In this document: positions 1 to 12,315 of the stretch, in pieces | Layout of the letters: each line of letters begins with the position of its first letter | Numbering within the stretch: the first letter of the stretch is position 1 | Assembly (NCBI GenBank): GCA_964187785.1 | Contig: OZ076418.1 | Span: forward strand, 54,808,001 to 54,872,000 | Direction: 5' to 3' | From: Amphiscolops sp. MND2022 | Taxonomy: Eukaryota | Length of the DNA stretch: 64,000 nt | Position numbers and translations under genes: made by a program | The notes under the pieces: model-generated | Told to the model about the DNA's origin: nothing | Seen by the model: the letters and a program-made list of their open reading frames with translations, nothing else | Databases searched by the model: none

Positions 1-3000
1 TCAGTTTGAGACCGTTAGGTGCTTAAACTGACCCGTTTCCTCTTTGTTTTTCTTCTTTTCCGCTTTTCTTGATAGGACAGTACTTTTCAGGCTGCTGGTG
101 ATGTGCAAGATGACAACAGGAAACCCGGCCTGCTTGCAGGATTGCCAACTACCTTCTGGGAAAAAGTTGTAGAGCTTTCCATTGGAACATTTCCCCCCTT
201 GCCGCAGTTTGGACCCGTGTAGTCTGTAGCTTGGACCCGTGAAGTGGGTGCAGCAATTTTGTAAGTACCAGAGGTGGAAGTATAAGAAAGTTGTATAATA
301 TATCTGTAATAGACTTTTTCATATGTTCACAAAAATCACATTCATGACATATCTTACATCTGACACGTTTTTCAGATATCACAACAATGGTTACAAGAAT
401 TGCTCTCATCGGTGCAAGTAATCTAGTCTCTTTTGAAAGTGAGCAGTGGGTTGCCTGTACCTGTGAAGCGACTTGTAAGGTCAAAGAGCACAGTCCTCAA
501 GTCCCCAATGACATTGTATACAAAGTTTTCGCTGCTGGAGGAGCAAAGTTTCGTCATCACAAACACCAGACGAATGCCGCAAATATGTTCACTAAAGCTG
601 TCGAAGAGTTCAAGCCGCACGTCGTTGTCTTATATCACGATATCACTATGAAATCCCTCACATTATCCTCTTTTGCGCCGCCCAATGCAACTGTTTTAAC
701 TCCGCAGCGAGTTTATGAAGATTTACGTGTTTTAGAAGGGGATTGCCCCGGCCATTTTGCTGTTATTCTATGTCGTAGAAGAAGACGTCATTAAGATTAC
801 GCCTTTCAATAAAGCTGAGAGAGACTAGCAGTTTGAATGTACATTAAAGCTACAGATGAATTGTTATTGGAAAGACCATTTCAACTATGTGAATCTGAAA
901 ATAACTGATTCAAGCTTCAAAGTTGATGATGTGACACATCAAACTATTGATTCGCTCAGTATGAGCATACAGAAAATAGTGAAATTTTATGGGTAACTGT
1001 TTTTCCCGTTTTCTCTTTTAACCTGCGCTTTGTCAGTTTGAGCCCGTTAGGTGCTTAAACTGACCCGTTTCCTCTTTGTTTTTCTTCTTTTCCGCTTTTC
1101 TTGATAGGACAGTACTTTTCAGGCTGCTGGTGATGTGCAAGATGACAACAGGAAACCCGGCCTGCTTGCAGGATTGCCAACTACCTTCTGGGAAAAAGTT
1201 GTAGAGCTTTCCATTGGAACATTTCCCCCCTTGCCGCAGTTTGGACCCGTGTAGTCTGTAGCTTGGACCCGTGAAGTGGGTGCAGCAATTTTGTAAGTAC
1301 CAGAGGTGGAAGTATAAGAAAGTTGTATAATATATCTGTAATAGACTTTTTCATATGTTCACAAAAATCACATTCATGACATATCTTACATCTGACACGT
1401 TTTTCAGATATCACAACAATGGTTACAAGAATTGCTCTCATCGGTGCAAGTAATCTAGTCTCTTTTGAAAGTGAGCAGTGGGTTGCCTGTACCTGTGAAG
1501 CGACTTGTAAGGTCAAAGAGCACAGTCCTCAAGTCCCCAATGACATTGTATACAAAGTTTTCGCTGCTGGAGGAGCAAAGTTTCGTCATCACAAACACCA
1601 GACGAATGCCGCAAATATGTTCACTAAAGCTGTCGAAGAGTTCAAGCCGCACGTCGTTGTCTTATATCACGATATCACTATGAAATCCCTCACATTATGC
1701 TCTTTTGCGCCGCCCAATGCAACTGTTTTAACTCCGCAGCGAGTTTATGAAGATTTACGTGTTTTAGAAGGGGATTGCCCCGGCCATTTTGCTGTTATTC
1801 TATGTCGTAGAAGAGGACGTCATTAAGATTACGCCTTTCAATAAAGCTGAGAGAGACTAGCAGTTTGAATGTACATTAAAGCTACAGATGAATTGTTATT
1901 GGAAAGACCATTTCAACTATGTGAATCTGAAAATAACTGATTCAAGCTTCAAAGTTGATGATGTGACACATCAAACTATTGATTCGCTCAGTATGAGCAT
2001 ACAGAAAATAGTGAAATTTTATGGGTAACTGTATTTCCCGTTTTCTCTTTTAACCTGCGCTTTGTCAGTTTGAGACCGTTAGGTGCTTAAACTGACCCGT
2101 TTCCTCTTTGTTTTTCTTCTTTTCCGCTTTTCTTGATAGGACAGTACTTTTCAGGCTGCTGGTGATGTGCAAAATGACAACAGGAACCCGGCCTGCTTGC
2201 AGGATTGCCAACTACCTTCTGGGAAAAAGTTGTAGAGCTTTCCATTGGAACATTTCCCCCCTTGCCACAGTTTGGACCCGTGTAGTCTGTAGCTGGGACC
2301 CGTGAAGTGGGTGCAGCAATTTTGTAAGTACCAGAGGTGGAAGTATAAGAAAGTTGTATAATATATCTGTAATAGACTTTTTCATATGTTCACAAAAATC
2401 ACATTCATGACATATCTTACATCTGACACGTTTTTCAGATATCACAACAATGGTTACAAGAATTGCTCTCATCGGTGCAAGTAATCTAGTCTCTTTTGAA
2501 AGTGAGCAGTGGGTTGCCTGTACCTGTGAAGCGAATTGTAAGGTCAAAGAGCACAGTCCTCAAGTCCCCAATGACATTGTATACAAAGTTTTCGCTGCTG
2601 GAGGAGCAAAGTTTCGTCATCACAAACACCAGACGAATGCCGCAAATATGTTCACTAAAGCTGTCGAAGAGTTCAAGCCGCACGTCGTTGTCTTATATCA
2701 CGATATCACTATGAAATCCCTCACATTATCCTCTTTTGCGCCGCCCAATGCAACTGTTTTAACTCCGCAGCGAGTTTATGAAGATTTACGTGTTTTAGAA
2801 AGGGATTGCCCCGGCCATTTTGGTGTTATTCTATGTCGTAGAAGAGGACGTCATTAAGATTACGCCTTTCAATAAAGCTGACAGAGACTAGCAGTTTGAA
2901 TGTACATTAAAGCTACAGATGAATTGTTATTGGAAAGATCATTTCAACTATGTGAATCTGAAAACAACTGATTCAAGCTTCAAAGTTGATGATGTGGCAC

Positions 3001-6000
3001 ATCAAACGATTGATTCGCTCAGTATGAGCATACAGAAAATAGTGAAATTTTATGGGTAACTGTATTTCCCGTTTTCTCTTTTAACCTGCGCTCTGTCAGT
3101 TTGAGCCCGTTAGGTGCTTAAACTGACCCGTTTCCTCTTTGTTTTCTTTTCCGCTTTTCTTGATAGGACAGTACTTTTCAGGCTGCTGGTGATGTGCAAG
3201 ATGACAACAGGAAACCCGGCCTGCTTGCAGGATTGCCAACTACCTTCTGGGAAAAAGTTGTAGAGCTTTCCATTGGAACATTTCCCCCCTTGCCGCAGTT
3301 TGGACCCGTGTAGTCTGTAGCTTGGACCCGTGAAGTGGGTGCAGCAATTTTGTAAGTACCAGAGGTGGAAGTATAAGAAAGTTGTATAATATATCTGTAA
3401 TAGACTTTTTCATATGTTCACAAAAATCACATTCATGACATATCTTACATCTGACACGTTTTTCAGATATCACAACAATGGTTACAAGAATTGCTCTCAT
3501 CGGTGCAAGTAATCTAGTCTCTTTTGAAAGTGAGCAGTGGGTTGCCTGTACCTGTGAAGCGACTTGTAAGGTCAAAGAGCACAGTCCTCAAGTCCCCAAT
3601 GACATTGTATACAAAGTTTTCGCTGCTGGAGGAGCAAAGTTTCGTCATCACAAACACCAGACGAATGCCGCAAATATGTTCACTAAAGCTGTCGAAGAGT
3701 TCAAGCCGCACGTCGTTGTCTTATATCACGATATCACTATGAAATCCCTCACATTATGCTCTTTTGCGCCGCCCAATGCAACTGTTTTAACTCCGCAGCG
3801 AGTTTATGAAGATTTACGTGTTTTAGAAGGGGATTGCCCCGGCCATTTTGCTGTTATTCTATGTCGTAGAAGAGGACGTCATTAAGATTACGCCTTTCAA
3901 TAAAGCTGAGAGAGACTAGCAGTTTGAATGTACATTAAAGCTACAGATGAATTGTTATTGGAAAGACCATTTCAACTATGTGAATCTGAAAATAACTGAT
4001 TCAAGCTTCAAAGTTGATGATGTGACACATCAAACTATTGATTCGCTCAGTATGAGCATACAGAAAATAGTGAAATTTTATGGGTAACTGTATTTCCCGT
4101 TTTCTCTTTTAACCTGTGCTTTGTCAGTTTGAGCCCGTTAGGTGCTTAAACTGACCCGTTTCCTCTTTGTTTTTCTTCTTTTCCGCTTTTCTTGATAGGA
4201 CAGTACTTTTCAGGCTGCTGGTGATGTGCAAGATGACAACAGGAAACCCGGCCTGCTTGCAGGATTGCCAACTACCTTCTGGGAAAAAGTTGTAGAGCTT
4301 TCCATTGGAACATTTCCCCCCTTGCCACAGTTTGGACCCGTGTAGTCTGTGGCTTGGACCCGTGAAGTGAGTGCAGCAATTTTGTAAGTACCAGAGGTGG
4401 AAGTATAAGAAATTTGTATGATATATCTGTAATAGACTTTTTCAAAAATCACATTCATGACATATCTTACATCTGACACGTTTTTCAGATATCACAACAA
4501 TGGTTACAAGAATTGCTCTCATCGGTGCAAGTAATCTAGTCTCTTTTGAAAGTGAGCAGTGGGTTGCCTGTACCTGTGAAGCGACTTTTAAGGTCAAAGA
4601 GCACAGTCCTCAAGTCCCCAATGACATTGTATACAAAGTTTTCGCTGCTGGAGGAGCAAAGTTTCGTCATCACAAACACCAGACGAATGCCGCAAATATG
4701 TTCACTAAAGCTGTCGAAGAGTTCAAGCCGCACGTCGTTGTCTTATATCACGATATCACTATGAAATCCCTCACATTATCCTCTTTTGCGCCGCCCAATG
4801 CAACTGTTTTAACTCCGCAGCGAGTTTATGAAGATTTACGTGTTTTAGAAAGGGATTGCCCCGGCCATTTTGGTGTTATTCTATGTCGTAGAAGAGGACG
4901 TCATTAAGATTACGCCTTTCAATAAAGCTGACAGAGACTAGCAGTTTGAATGTACATTAAATCTACAGATGAATTGTTATTGGAAAGATCATTTCAACTA
5001 TGTGAATCTGAAAACAACTGATTCAAGCTTCAAAGTTGATGATGTGGCACATCAAACGATTGATTCGCTCAGTATGAGCATACAGAAAATAGTGAAATTT
5101 TATGGGTAACTGTATTTCCCGTTTTCTCTTTTAACCTGCGCTCTGTCAGTTTGAGCCCGTTAGGTGCTTAAACTGACCCGTTTCCTCTTTGTTTTCTTTT
5201 CCGCTTTTCTTGATAGGACAGTACTTTTCAGGCTGCTGGCGATGTGCAAGATGACAACAGGAAACCCGGCCTGCTTGCAGGATTGCCAACTACCTTCTGG
5301 GAAAAAGTTGTAGAGCTTTCCATTGGATCATTTTCCCCCTTGCCGCAGTTTAGACCCGTGCAGTCTGTAGCTTGGACCCGTGAAGTGGTTGCAGCAATTT
5401 TGTAAGTACCAGAGGTGGAAGTATAAGAAAGTTGTATAATATATCTGTAATAGACTTTTTCATATGTTCACAAAAATCACATTCATGACATATCTTACAT
5501 CTGACACGTTTTTCAGATATCACAACAATGGTTACAAGAATTGCTCTCATCGGTGCAAGTAATCTAGTCTCTTTTGAAAGTGGGCAGTGGGTTGCCTGTA
5601 CCTGTGAAGCAACTTGTAAGGTCAAATAGCACAGTCCTCAAGTCCCCAATGACATTGTATACAAAGTTTTCGCTGCTGGAGGGGCAAAGTTTCGTCATCA
5701 CAAACACCAGACGAATGCCGCAAATATGTTCACTAAAGCTGTCGAAGAGTTCAAGCCGCACGTCGTTGTCTTATATCACGATATCACTATGAAATCCCTC
5801 ACATTATCCTCTTTTGCGCCGCCCAAAGCAACTGTTTTAACTCCGCAGCGAGTTTATGAAGATTTACGTGTTTTAGAAAGGGATTGCCCCGGCCATTTCT
5901 GCTGTTATTCTATGTCGTAGAAGAAAAGAGGTCGCCGTTAAGATTACGCCTTTCAATAAAGCTGACAGGGACTAGCAGTTAGAATGTACATTAAATCTAC

Positions 6001-7740
6001 AGATGAATTGTTTTTTTGAAAGACCATTTCAACTATGTGAATCTGAAAATAACTAATTCAAGCTTCAAAGTTGATGATGTGGCACATCAAACGATTGATT
6101 CGCTCAGTATGAGCATACAGAAAATAGTGAAATTTTATGGGTAACTGTATTTCCCGTTTTCTCTTTTAACCTGCGCTCTGTCAGTTTGAGCCCGTTAGGT
6201 GCTTAAACTGACCCGTTTCCTCTTTGTTTTCTTTTCCGCTTTTCTTGATAGGACAGTACTTTTCAGGCTGCTGGCGATGTGCAAGATGACAACAGGAAAC
6301 CCGGCCTGCTTGCAGGATTGCCAACTACCTTCTGGGAAAAAGTTGTAGAGCTTTCCATTGGATCATTTTCCCCCTTGCCGCAGTTTAGACCCGTGCAGTC
6401 TGTAGCTTGGACCCGTGAAGTGGGTGCAGCAATTTTGTAAGTACCAGAGGTGGAAGTATAAGAAAGTTGTATAATATATCTGTAATAGACTTTTTCATAT
6501 GTTCACAAAAATCACATTCATGACATATCTTACATCTGACACGTTTTTCAGATATCACAACAATGGTTACAAGAATTGCTCTCATCGGTGCAAGTAATCT
6601 AGTCTCTTTTGAAAGTGGGCAGTGGGTTGCCTGTACCTGTGAAGCAACTTGTAAGGTCAAATAGCACAGTCCTCAAGTCCCCAATGACATTGTATACAAA
6701 GTTTTCGCTGCTGGAGGGGCAAAGTTTCGTCATCACAAACACCAGACGAATGCCGCAAATATGTTCACTAAAGCTGTCGAAGAGTTCAAGCCGCACGTCG
6801 TTGTCTTATATCACGATATCACTATGAAATCCCTCACATTATCCTCTTTTGCGCCGCCCAAAGCAACTGTTTTAACTCCGCAGCGAGTTTATGAAGATTT
6901 ACGTGTTTTAGAAAGGGATTGCCCCGGCCATTTCTGCTGTTATTCTATGTCGTAGAAGAAAAGAGGTCGCCGTTAAGATTACGCCTTTCAATAAAGCTGA
7001 CAGGGACTAGCAGTTAGAATGTACATTAAATCTACAGATGAATTGTTTTTTTGAAAGACCATTTCAACTATGTGAATCTGAAAATAACTAATTCAAGCTT
7101 CAAAGTTGATGATGCGGCACATCAAACGATTGATTCGCTCAGTATGAGCATACAGAAAATAGTGAAATTTTATGGGTAACTGTAGTTTCCGTTTTCTCTT
7201 TCTTTTAGCCTGCGCTTTGTCAGTTTAAGCCCGTTAGGTGCTTGAACTGACCCGTTTCCTCGTTGTTTTCCTTCTTTTCCGCTTTTCTTGATAAAACAGT
7301 ACTTTTCAGGCTGCTGGCGATGTGGAAGATGAACACAGGAAACCCGGCCTGCTTGCAGGAATGCCAGCTATCTTCTGGGAAAAAGTTGTAGAGCTTTCCA
7401 TTGGAACCGTTTTCCCCCCTTGCCGCAGCTTGGACCCGTGAAGTGGGTGCAGCAGTTTTGTAAGTAGCAGAGGTGGAAGAATAAGAATGTTGTATAATAT
7501 ATCTGTAATAGTTTTTCATATGTTCACAAAAATCACATTCATGACATGTCTTACATCTGACACGTTTTTCAGATACCACAACAATGGTTTTAAGAATAGC
7601 TCTCATCGGTGCAAGTAATCTAGTCTCTTTTAAGAGTCAGCAGTGGGTGGCCTGTACCTTCTGAAGCAACTTGTGAGGTCAAAGAGCACAGTCCTCAAGT
7701 CCCCAATGACATTGTATACAAAGTTTTCGCTGCTGGAGGG
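1..7740. repeat. Tandem array of ~1.03-kb units (7 full copies plus a diverged, truncated 8th; left end runs off the window)
   Basis: The unit start TCAGTTTGAG(A)CCGTTAGG recurs near 1, 1033, 2066, 3097, 4125, 5146, 6181 and 7221. The same ORFs recur (387, 1419, 2450, 3478, 4500). Copies 6 and 7 form a near-identical pair, and copy 8 is the most diverged. Confidence 0.97.
387..996 (+). pseudogene. SGNH/GDSL-hydrolase-like pseudogene (one per 1.03-kb unit; first copy given)
   Basis: The 135-aa ORF has block I-like IALIGASN, block II-like AAGG and block III-like VVLYHD. A shifted frame continues DVIKITPFNKAERD*QFEC...SSFKVDDVTHQ...KFYG*, supplying a block V D-x-x-H. Copies 6/7 read through that junction in frame (CRRRKEVAVKITP) but carry other lesions. 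Confidence 0.6.
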
Positions 7741-8242
7741 TGCAGCAGTTTTGTATGTACCAGAGGTGGAAGTATAAGTGAGCGAAAAGTTACACAGAAA
7801 TTGAAAAACAAGAAACAGTTTTCAACGTTAGGAGCACCCAGGGAAGTTTTCAAGTATTCAGATGTGGAAAACACAAAGAAGAAGTTAGCATCAGAGATTG
7901 GTTTTTATCGCAACGAACAAACGACATGCCCGCTTTCTAAGTCGGCTCTCGATGAAAGTGCCTTGAAACAAAGATTACTTGTTGAGCAACCTAGGTAGAG
8001 TGAGCCACTTTTATTGCCGCGAGTTAGCATCACGTCCGAGAGGAGATCAGGACGAAGAAGTATTATTCAACGCGAGGTCAGGAAAATCGTCGGCTGAACT
8101 AGAAGGAACGGGTCATTGGTTTTGGAACGGGTCATCTGGCTAATTTTGAGTCGGCATAAGTTATGGTTGAACGTTCTCGAATACGAATTACACCACGAAC
8201 GTACATTCATGGTAGAAACCCCAAGTAAAGTACTGGAATAGC

Positions 8243-9550
8243 ATGGTTGTTCTGGTTAAATACTTTCGATCATACCACGATGAACTCTCTGGTCTGCGTG
8301 AGTCTAGCCCTTGGTTCAACTGGAATAATGTCGAGAACAAGACTTTGAGACTCTTGGAACAACTGAAAGTAAAAATAAGCGAAACAAGGAGAGTGGTCAA
8401 CTTCAGAAACGGCAACAACAACTCGATCCCCGTCGCGGCTACACATGGAACGACCTGAGCAAAGCCATCGACGTAGTTTACAACGGCAACGACGAAGAAT
8501 TAGGCATCGAAACGCTAATGAAATTACTGATAGAAGACTACACCGCGAAAGATTGTAGAACGTTCCAAACCTTTTGAATGGCTGTTTTGATTTACCGAAC
8601 GGGTCAACGACCGGAATGGATTAAAACTTCACCCTGAAGGATGGTATTCAGCATTGAAAACTTTGCCTAGTGGTACTTTCGTCTTGAACTTGGAACATCA
8701 TAAGGCGAAACATTTCAACAATATTGCCAGCGCCTTCGTAGACTCTGTCTACACCCCTTACTTTGTTCACTTTTTTGAGAAAGTCCGGCCAAGATATGTC
8801 ACTTTGCTCGGCGTAGCCCCAGAAAACGAGAACGGATGTGTAAAAAGTAAAGTTATCACCACTTCGAACGTGAATTTCCATAGTGAACAGGCGAAGGAAA
8901 CGTTTTATGCTTTCTTGTCCCAGACTTGTGGACAATTCGCATCGTGTCCCTTGTACGCACGCCTCGACAAAAATTACGAATTCCGACACATTACTTCAAC
9001 AAAAGCGAGGCACGTTTTCGAAACATCGACTCGTTGTCCTGAACTCCGAATGTCAAACTTGGAAATTGAAATACTGACAACTTCGCTGAATCATTCGAAA
9101 GCCGTCGCCGAACGAAACTTTGTCGATTACGGAGTTAACTATGCAGAGTACGACCGCATAATCACAGAAGCGAAGCGAAAATGGACGAAAGGTTTCTTCA
9201 ATCGGATAGGATTAGGGTTAGGAATGAATCAACCAATCAATTACGCTCGTAGTCTGTTAGATCGCCGTGAGTGGCCGAAATTCAAAGAATTTTTGTTGCC
9301 CAATGAAATGGAAGACTTGCACCAACGGGGTGACAAAGTGCAAGCGAACTGTTTGAGAGGTAAACTTGTCGAACGTTATCTGGACGATGAGATCCAGAGG
9401 TACATTGCTCTGAAAGCGGACCAAAATTTTGAAACGGAATTTTCGAAAGCGCGAACTACAGATGCAGCTCTTGGAATTTTTCGAAAACTAGAAGTTGGAA
9501 AATTGAAAGGCAAAAGTTGTGAAAACATAATGCAGCAAAAAAAGTTTTGA
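8243..9550 (+). pseudogene. Tyrosine-recombinase (phage integrase/Crypton-like) domain, fragmented
   Basis: ORF 8654..9550 has VLNLEHHKAK (catalytic-K strand), ITSTKARHVFET (HxxR-equivalent box) and SLNHSKAVAERNF (H...Y box with F at the expected Tyr position). Upstream frames from 8243 are broken by stops and shifts. Confidence 0.6.
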
Positions 9551-10214
9551 ATCGAGTCTTCGGTAGCATTAACAGGAATTTTAGCGAGAAACCAGTGGGG
9601 AAATCCTGCAGTAGGTCTCTTTTCAAAATGCCATCTCTGAGCAAATTGGACGCGGAGAGTCAGAAAAACTTGTACCTCCGTTGGATTTTGTCTTTAGACG
9701 GTCAATCTGATGATCCGATCATCAACGAAATAAGATTGCAGCAATGGACGAAAATTGAGATGAAGGACATCGATGCGGTGAAAGGAAAAGGAATCGTTGC
9801 CACCACAACCATTGAGCCCCAAAAAGTAGTGTGCGACTACCACGGTCACTACCTGACCCTGGCTCAGCACATTACTCATGATCGTGATGAGGTCGACGAC
9901 CAAAACCGCTACTTTTTTGTTTTGCAGGTTTACAATTCTTTGAAAAGAAAGGCGAATCACACCGTGGAGGAGCTAGAGACGCTAACCGCAATTGATGCGA
10001 GCTCCGGTAGTTGCCTGTGCCATCCGAAACTGGCTGCAAAAGGCCGTTTCATCAATCATTGTCATTACCAAAGATCGATCAATGTTTTAAAAACGAAAAA
10101 AAAACGTTGTTTTTGAAGGCCAAGAGTTGACTGATTCTCTTCAAAGCTTATAGACGCATTTTGCCCGGACAAGAGTTGGTCTATAGTTATAACGAAACTT
10201 TGCGCTTCGATTAG
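9547..10214 (+). pseudogene. SET-domain lysine methyltransferase, PR-Set7/KMT5A-like, frameshifted
   Basis: ORF 9547..10116 has KGKGIVAT, VCDYHG, AIDAS and CLCHP...GRFINH. The C-terminal motif LILFKAYRRILPGQELVYSY lies in another frame after an A-run (about 10133-10214). Confidence 0.8.
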
Positions 10215-10628
10215 ATTAGCTTCGCTCGCCCCTTCAAGTTCAGGACTTCAAGTGACTAGGCTATGTAGGTTGAGTGTTTAGGCTCAAGGTCAAAAAAGAA
10301 AATGGAGCAACTGTATTTTCAGCATCCAAAACCAATGGTTCGTAGGCATCGCCTCGTGTTGGTTTTGATGAGTGCAGTACACTCACCAAAAAATATAAAA
10401 AGAGTTGATGCAAGAGCAACTTCAATAACTCTAGTCAATAACTCGTAGGCTTCGCCTCGTGTTGACTGGGATGGATGTGGTTCTCCTATTCGTCTCGCAA
10501 AAACGAAAATAAGCACACAAATGAAATGGGCTGAGAAACCCACAAAAAAACAAAAAAAAGTTGAAGCAAGTGTAAATTCACCCATCTAGCCAGCAGTTCG
10601 TGGGCTTCGTCTAGTGTTGGCTTAGATG
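10145..10628. repeat. Start of the large repeated module (SET 3' tail plus diverged short repeats); other copies start at 33328 and 60109
   Basis: AGCTTATAGACGCATTT(T/C)GCCCGGACAAG... and about 0.5 kb after it are near-identical at 10145, 33328 and 60109. The copy here continues at 21627, after the Polinton insertion. Confidence 0.93.
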
Positions 10629-10644
10629 AGTAGTATAGGGGGTA

Positions 10645-11341
10645 TAGTATATCATCTTTCATCCAAAACTGTATAGCGTCCAGTTTTTCCTTATAAATAT
10701 GTTTATAAAGAACGAGGTTAGGTTCTCGAACAATTTTAGCACCAGGAGCCTCATTTAAGACAACAGTAAATAAAATATTTGATAGATATCCGTTTCGTAG
10801 AGAACCAACAATACAATCACAACAAATGTGAAGACGATGAATATCAATAATATTGACTTTGTTTTTAGAGTAGTTATATGAATCTGTTAAAATCTTTGAT
10901 TCAAATCCTAAGAGGTCTCTTAATGTGTTAGATTGTGTGAAATCAATTTGATATCCATCAGCAAGGCGTATAATAGAATGAAGAGTGGCTGTGTTAGCTT
11001 CAAGAATTATAAGACTTTGTTTCATCTGTAAAATTGACTTCAAGAGAAATTTGTCTGACAATTTCATCATTAATCTGTTCTATTTCATAAGCGCCGTATG
11101 GAAAAACAATTTCTTTCCAATTTAAGCCATCAAAATATCCAATTTTATTGTTTTTGGAGGTTACGTTGAATATAGAATTGTAAGTATTAAACGATGTAAC
11201 ACCCATGACGTAATTTCCGTCTGAAAGGTCAATGCTATCTAGTAGGTCCAATCTATATTCATTTGTTTTATATTCTACTTCTATAGGAATTTGAGGTAGA
11301 GGACGAGTATTTTTCTCAATTTGAATCAAAGTTTTCTCCAT
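10645..11341 (-). pseudogene. Polinton minor capsid (penton-like) gene, split by a frameshift and truncated at the element end
   Basis: ORFs 11000..11341 and 10486..11070 join into one protein with FPYGAYEIEQIN, LRDLLGF, IHRLHICCDCIVGSLRNG, PGAKIVREP and LYKHI motifs, which I recognise as Polinton minor capsid-like. Confidence 0.7.
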
Positions 11342-11786
11342 TTATATAATGAAAACGTTCATACCCTTTTCATATTCAGTGTTTGTTATTTCCTCCATTC
11401 GTAAAAGTTCGGCTAATATTGCTGAAGCCTCACGATAAGCATTTTTATTTCCTGCGAATGATTCACCAACTAGAACTTCTAACCTTTCAACTAAAGTATT
11501 TGGATCAGATGATAGAAATATAAAAGTAGTTCCCTGTCCCTCAATATTTTGGTATTGAGATTCTTTAATGTATTTGACTGTTTTATAAAGATTTGATTTA
11601 ACATCTCGTCCTAATCCACCAGCATAATCTACAAATTCAACAAGAGCTTCTTTTTCCTCATCGGATAGTTGTGTAAAGTCAGTTTTATTACCACTCAAAC
11701 AATTGATGAAAAATGGAGTTATTTCAAATTCAAGGTCGTTAAACTTTATCTTGTTATCAATAATTTTGAATATTGTTTTGATGTCA
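11342..11786 (-). pseudogene. 3' half of a Polinton-associated unknown ORF (5' half at about 18025-18475)
   Basis: FIFLSSDPNTLVERLEVLVGESFAGN is a motif commonly seen in ORFs next to Polinton penton genes. The frame extends upstream (IDNKIKFNDLEFEITP) across a 1-nt shift. Confidence 0.55.
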
Positions 11787-12315
11787 AGGGAATCGTTGAA
11801 ACCTTACGTTCAAAGCAAATCCGTATTCCACTGAACTGTTTTAGCAAAAACTATCAAATTTGTCTAACCTAACCGTGCCACCGACACTGTTCACCTTTCC
11901 TCTAAGCATAAGCTTCTTCAAGCCTCTACTGCAATCCATTTTAGCCTTCCTAGGGGCCTTTTATGTTTGCTGGAACGCACGCTACGGTCCTTGCTACATA
12001 GTTCTCCAGCAAGATCTAAAGCTACCACTCCCCACATTGTATTTAACCTGTTGTTATTAGTAAAGATCATTCTACAAATTCTGAGGGCAAGATTTCCCCT
12101 CTTCTACTGCTAGTAAACTATTCATCCAGTCTCCCCAACAATCTATTTATCTGTGAAACCTTTTCTGATACAGGCCATAATCCATCTGGACAGGAGCCCC
12201 TATCAGTCCGATTTTCAATTCTTGAGAACTTGCCCTTGCATCAAAAATATCTCCACATTAATCTCAACCCATTTCCTTCAGTACCTTACTTAGCAACCGA
12301 TTTATCACAGATCAA

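Noticed and set aside
149-7606. Overlapping 65-128-aa ORFs in the 1-kb repeats
   Set aside because: They are antisense or alternative-frame shadows of the SGNH pseudogene, repeated only because the DNA is repeated.
11862-11872. Telomeric (TTAGG)n repeat as a CRE target site
   Set aside because: Only two CTAAC units are present, with none at the other junction.
11872-12300. Minus-strand protein-like frame with mostly TAA/TAG stops (ciliate code or second viral gene)
   Set aside because: The frame has many stops including a TGA, and no recognisable motif, so it cannot be supported.
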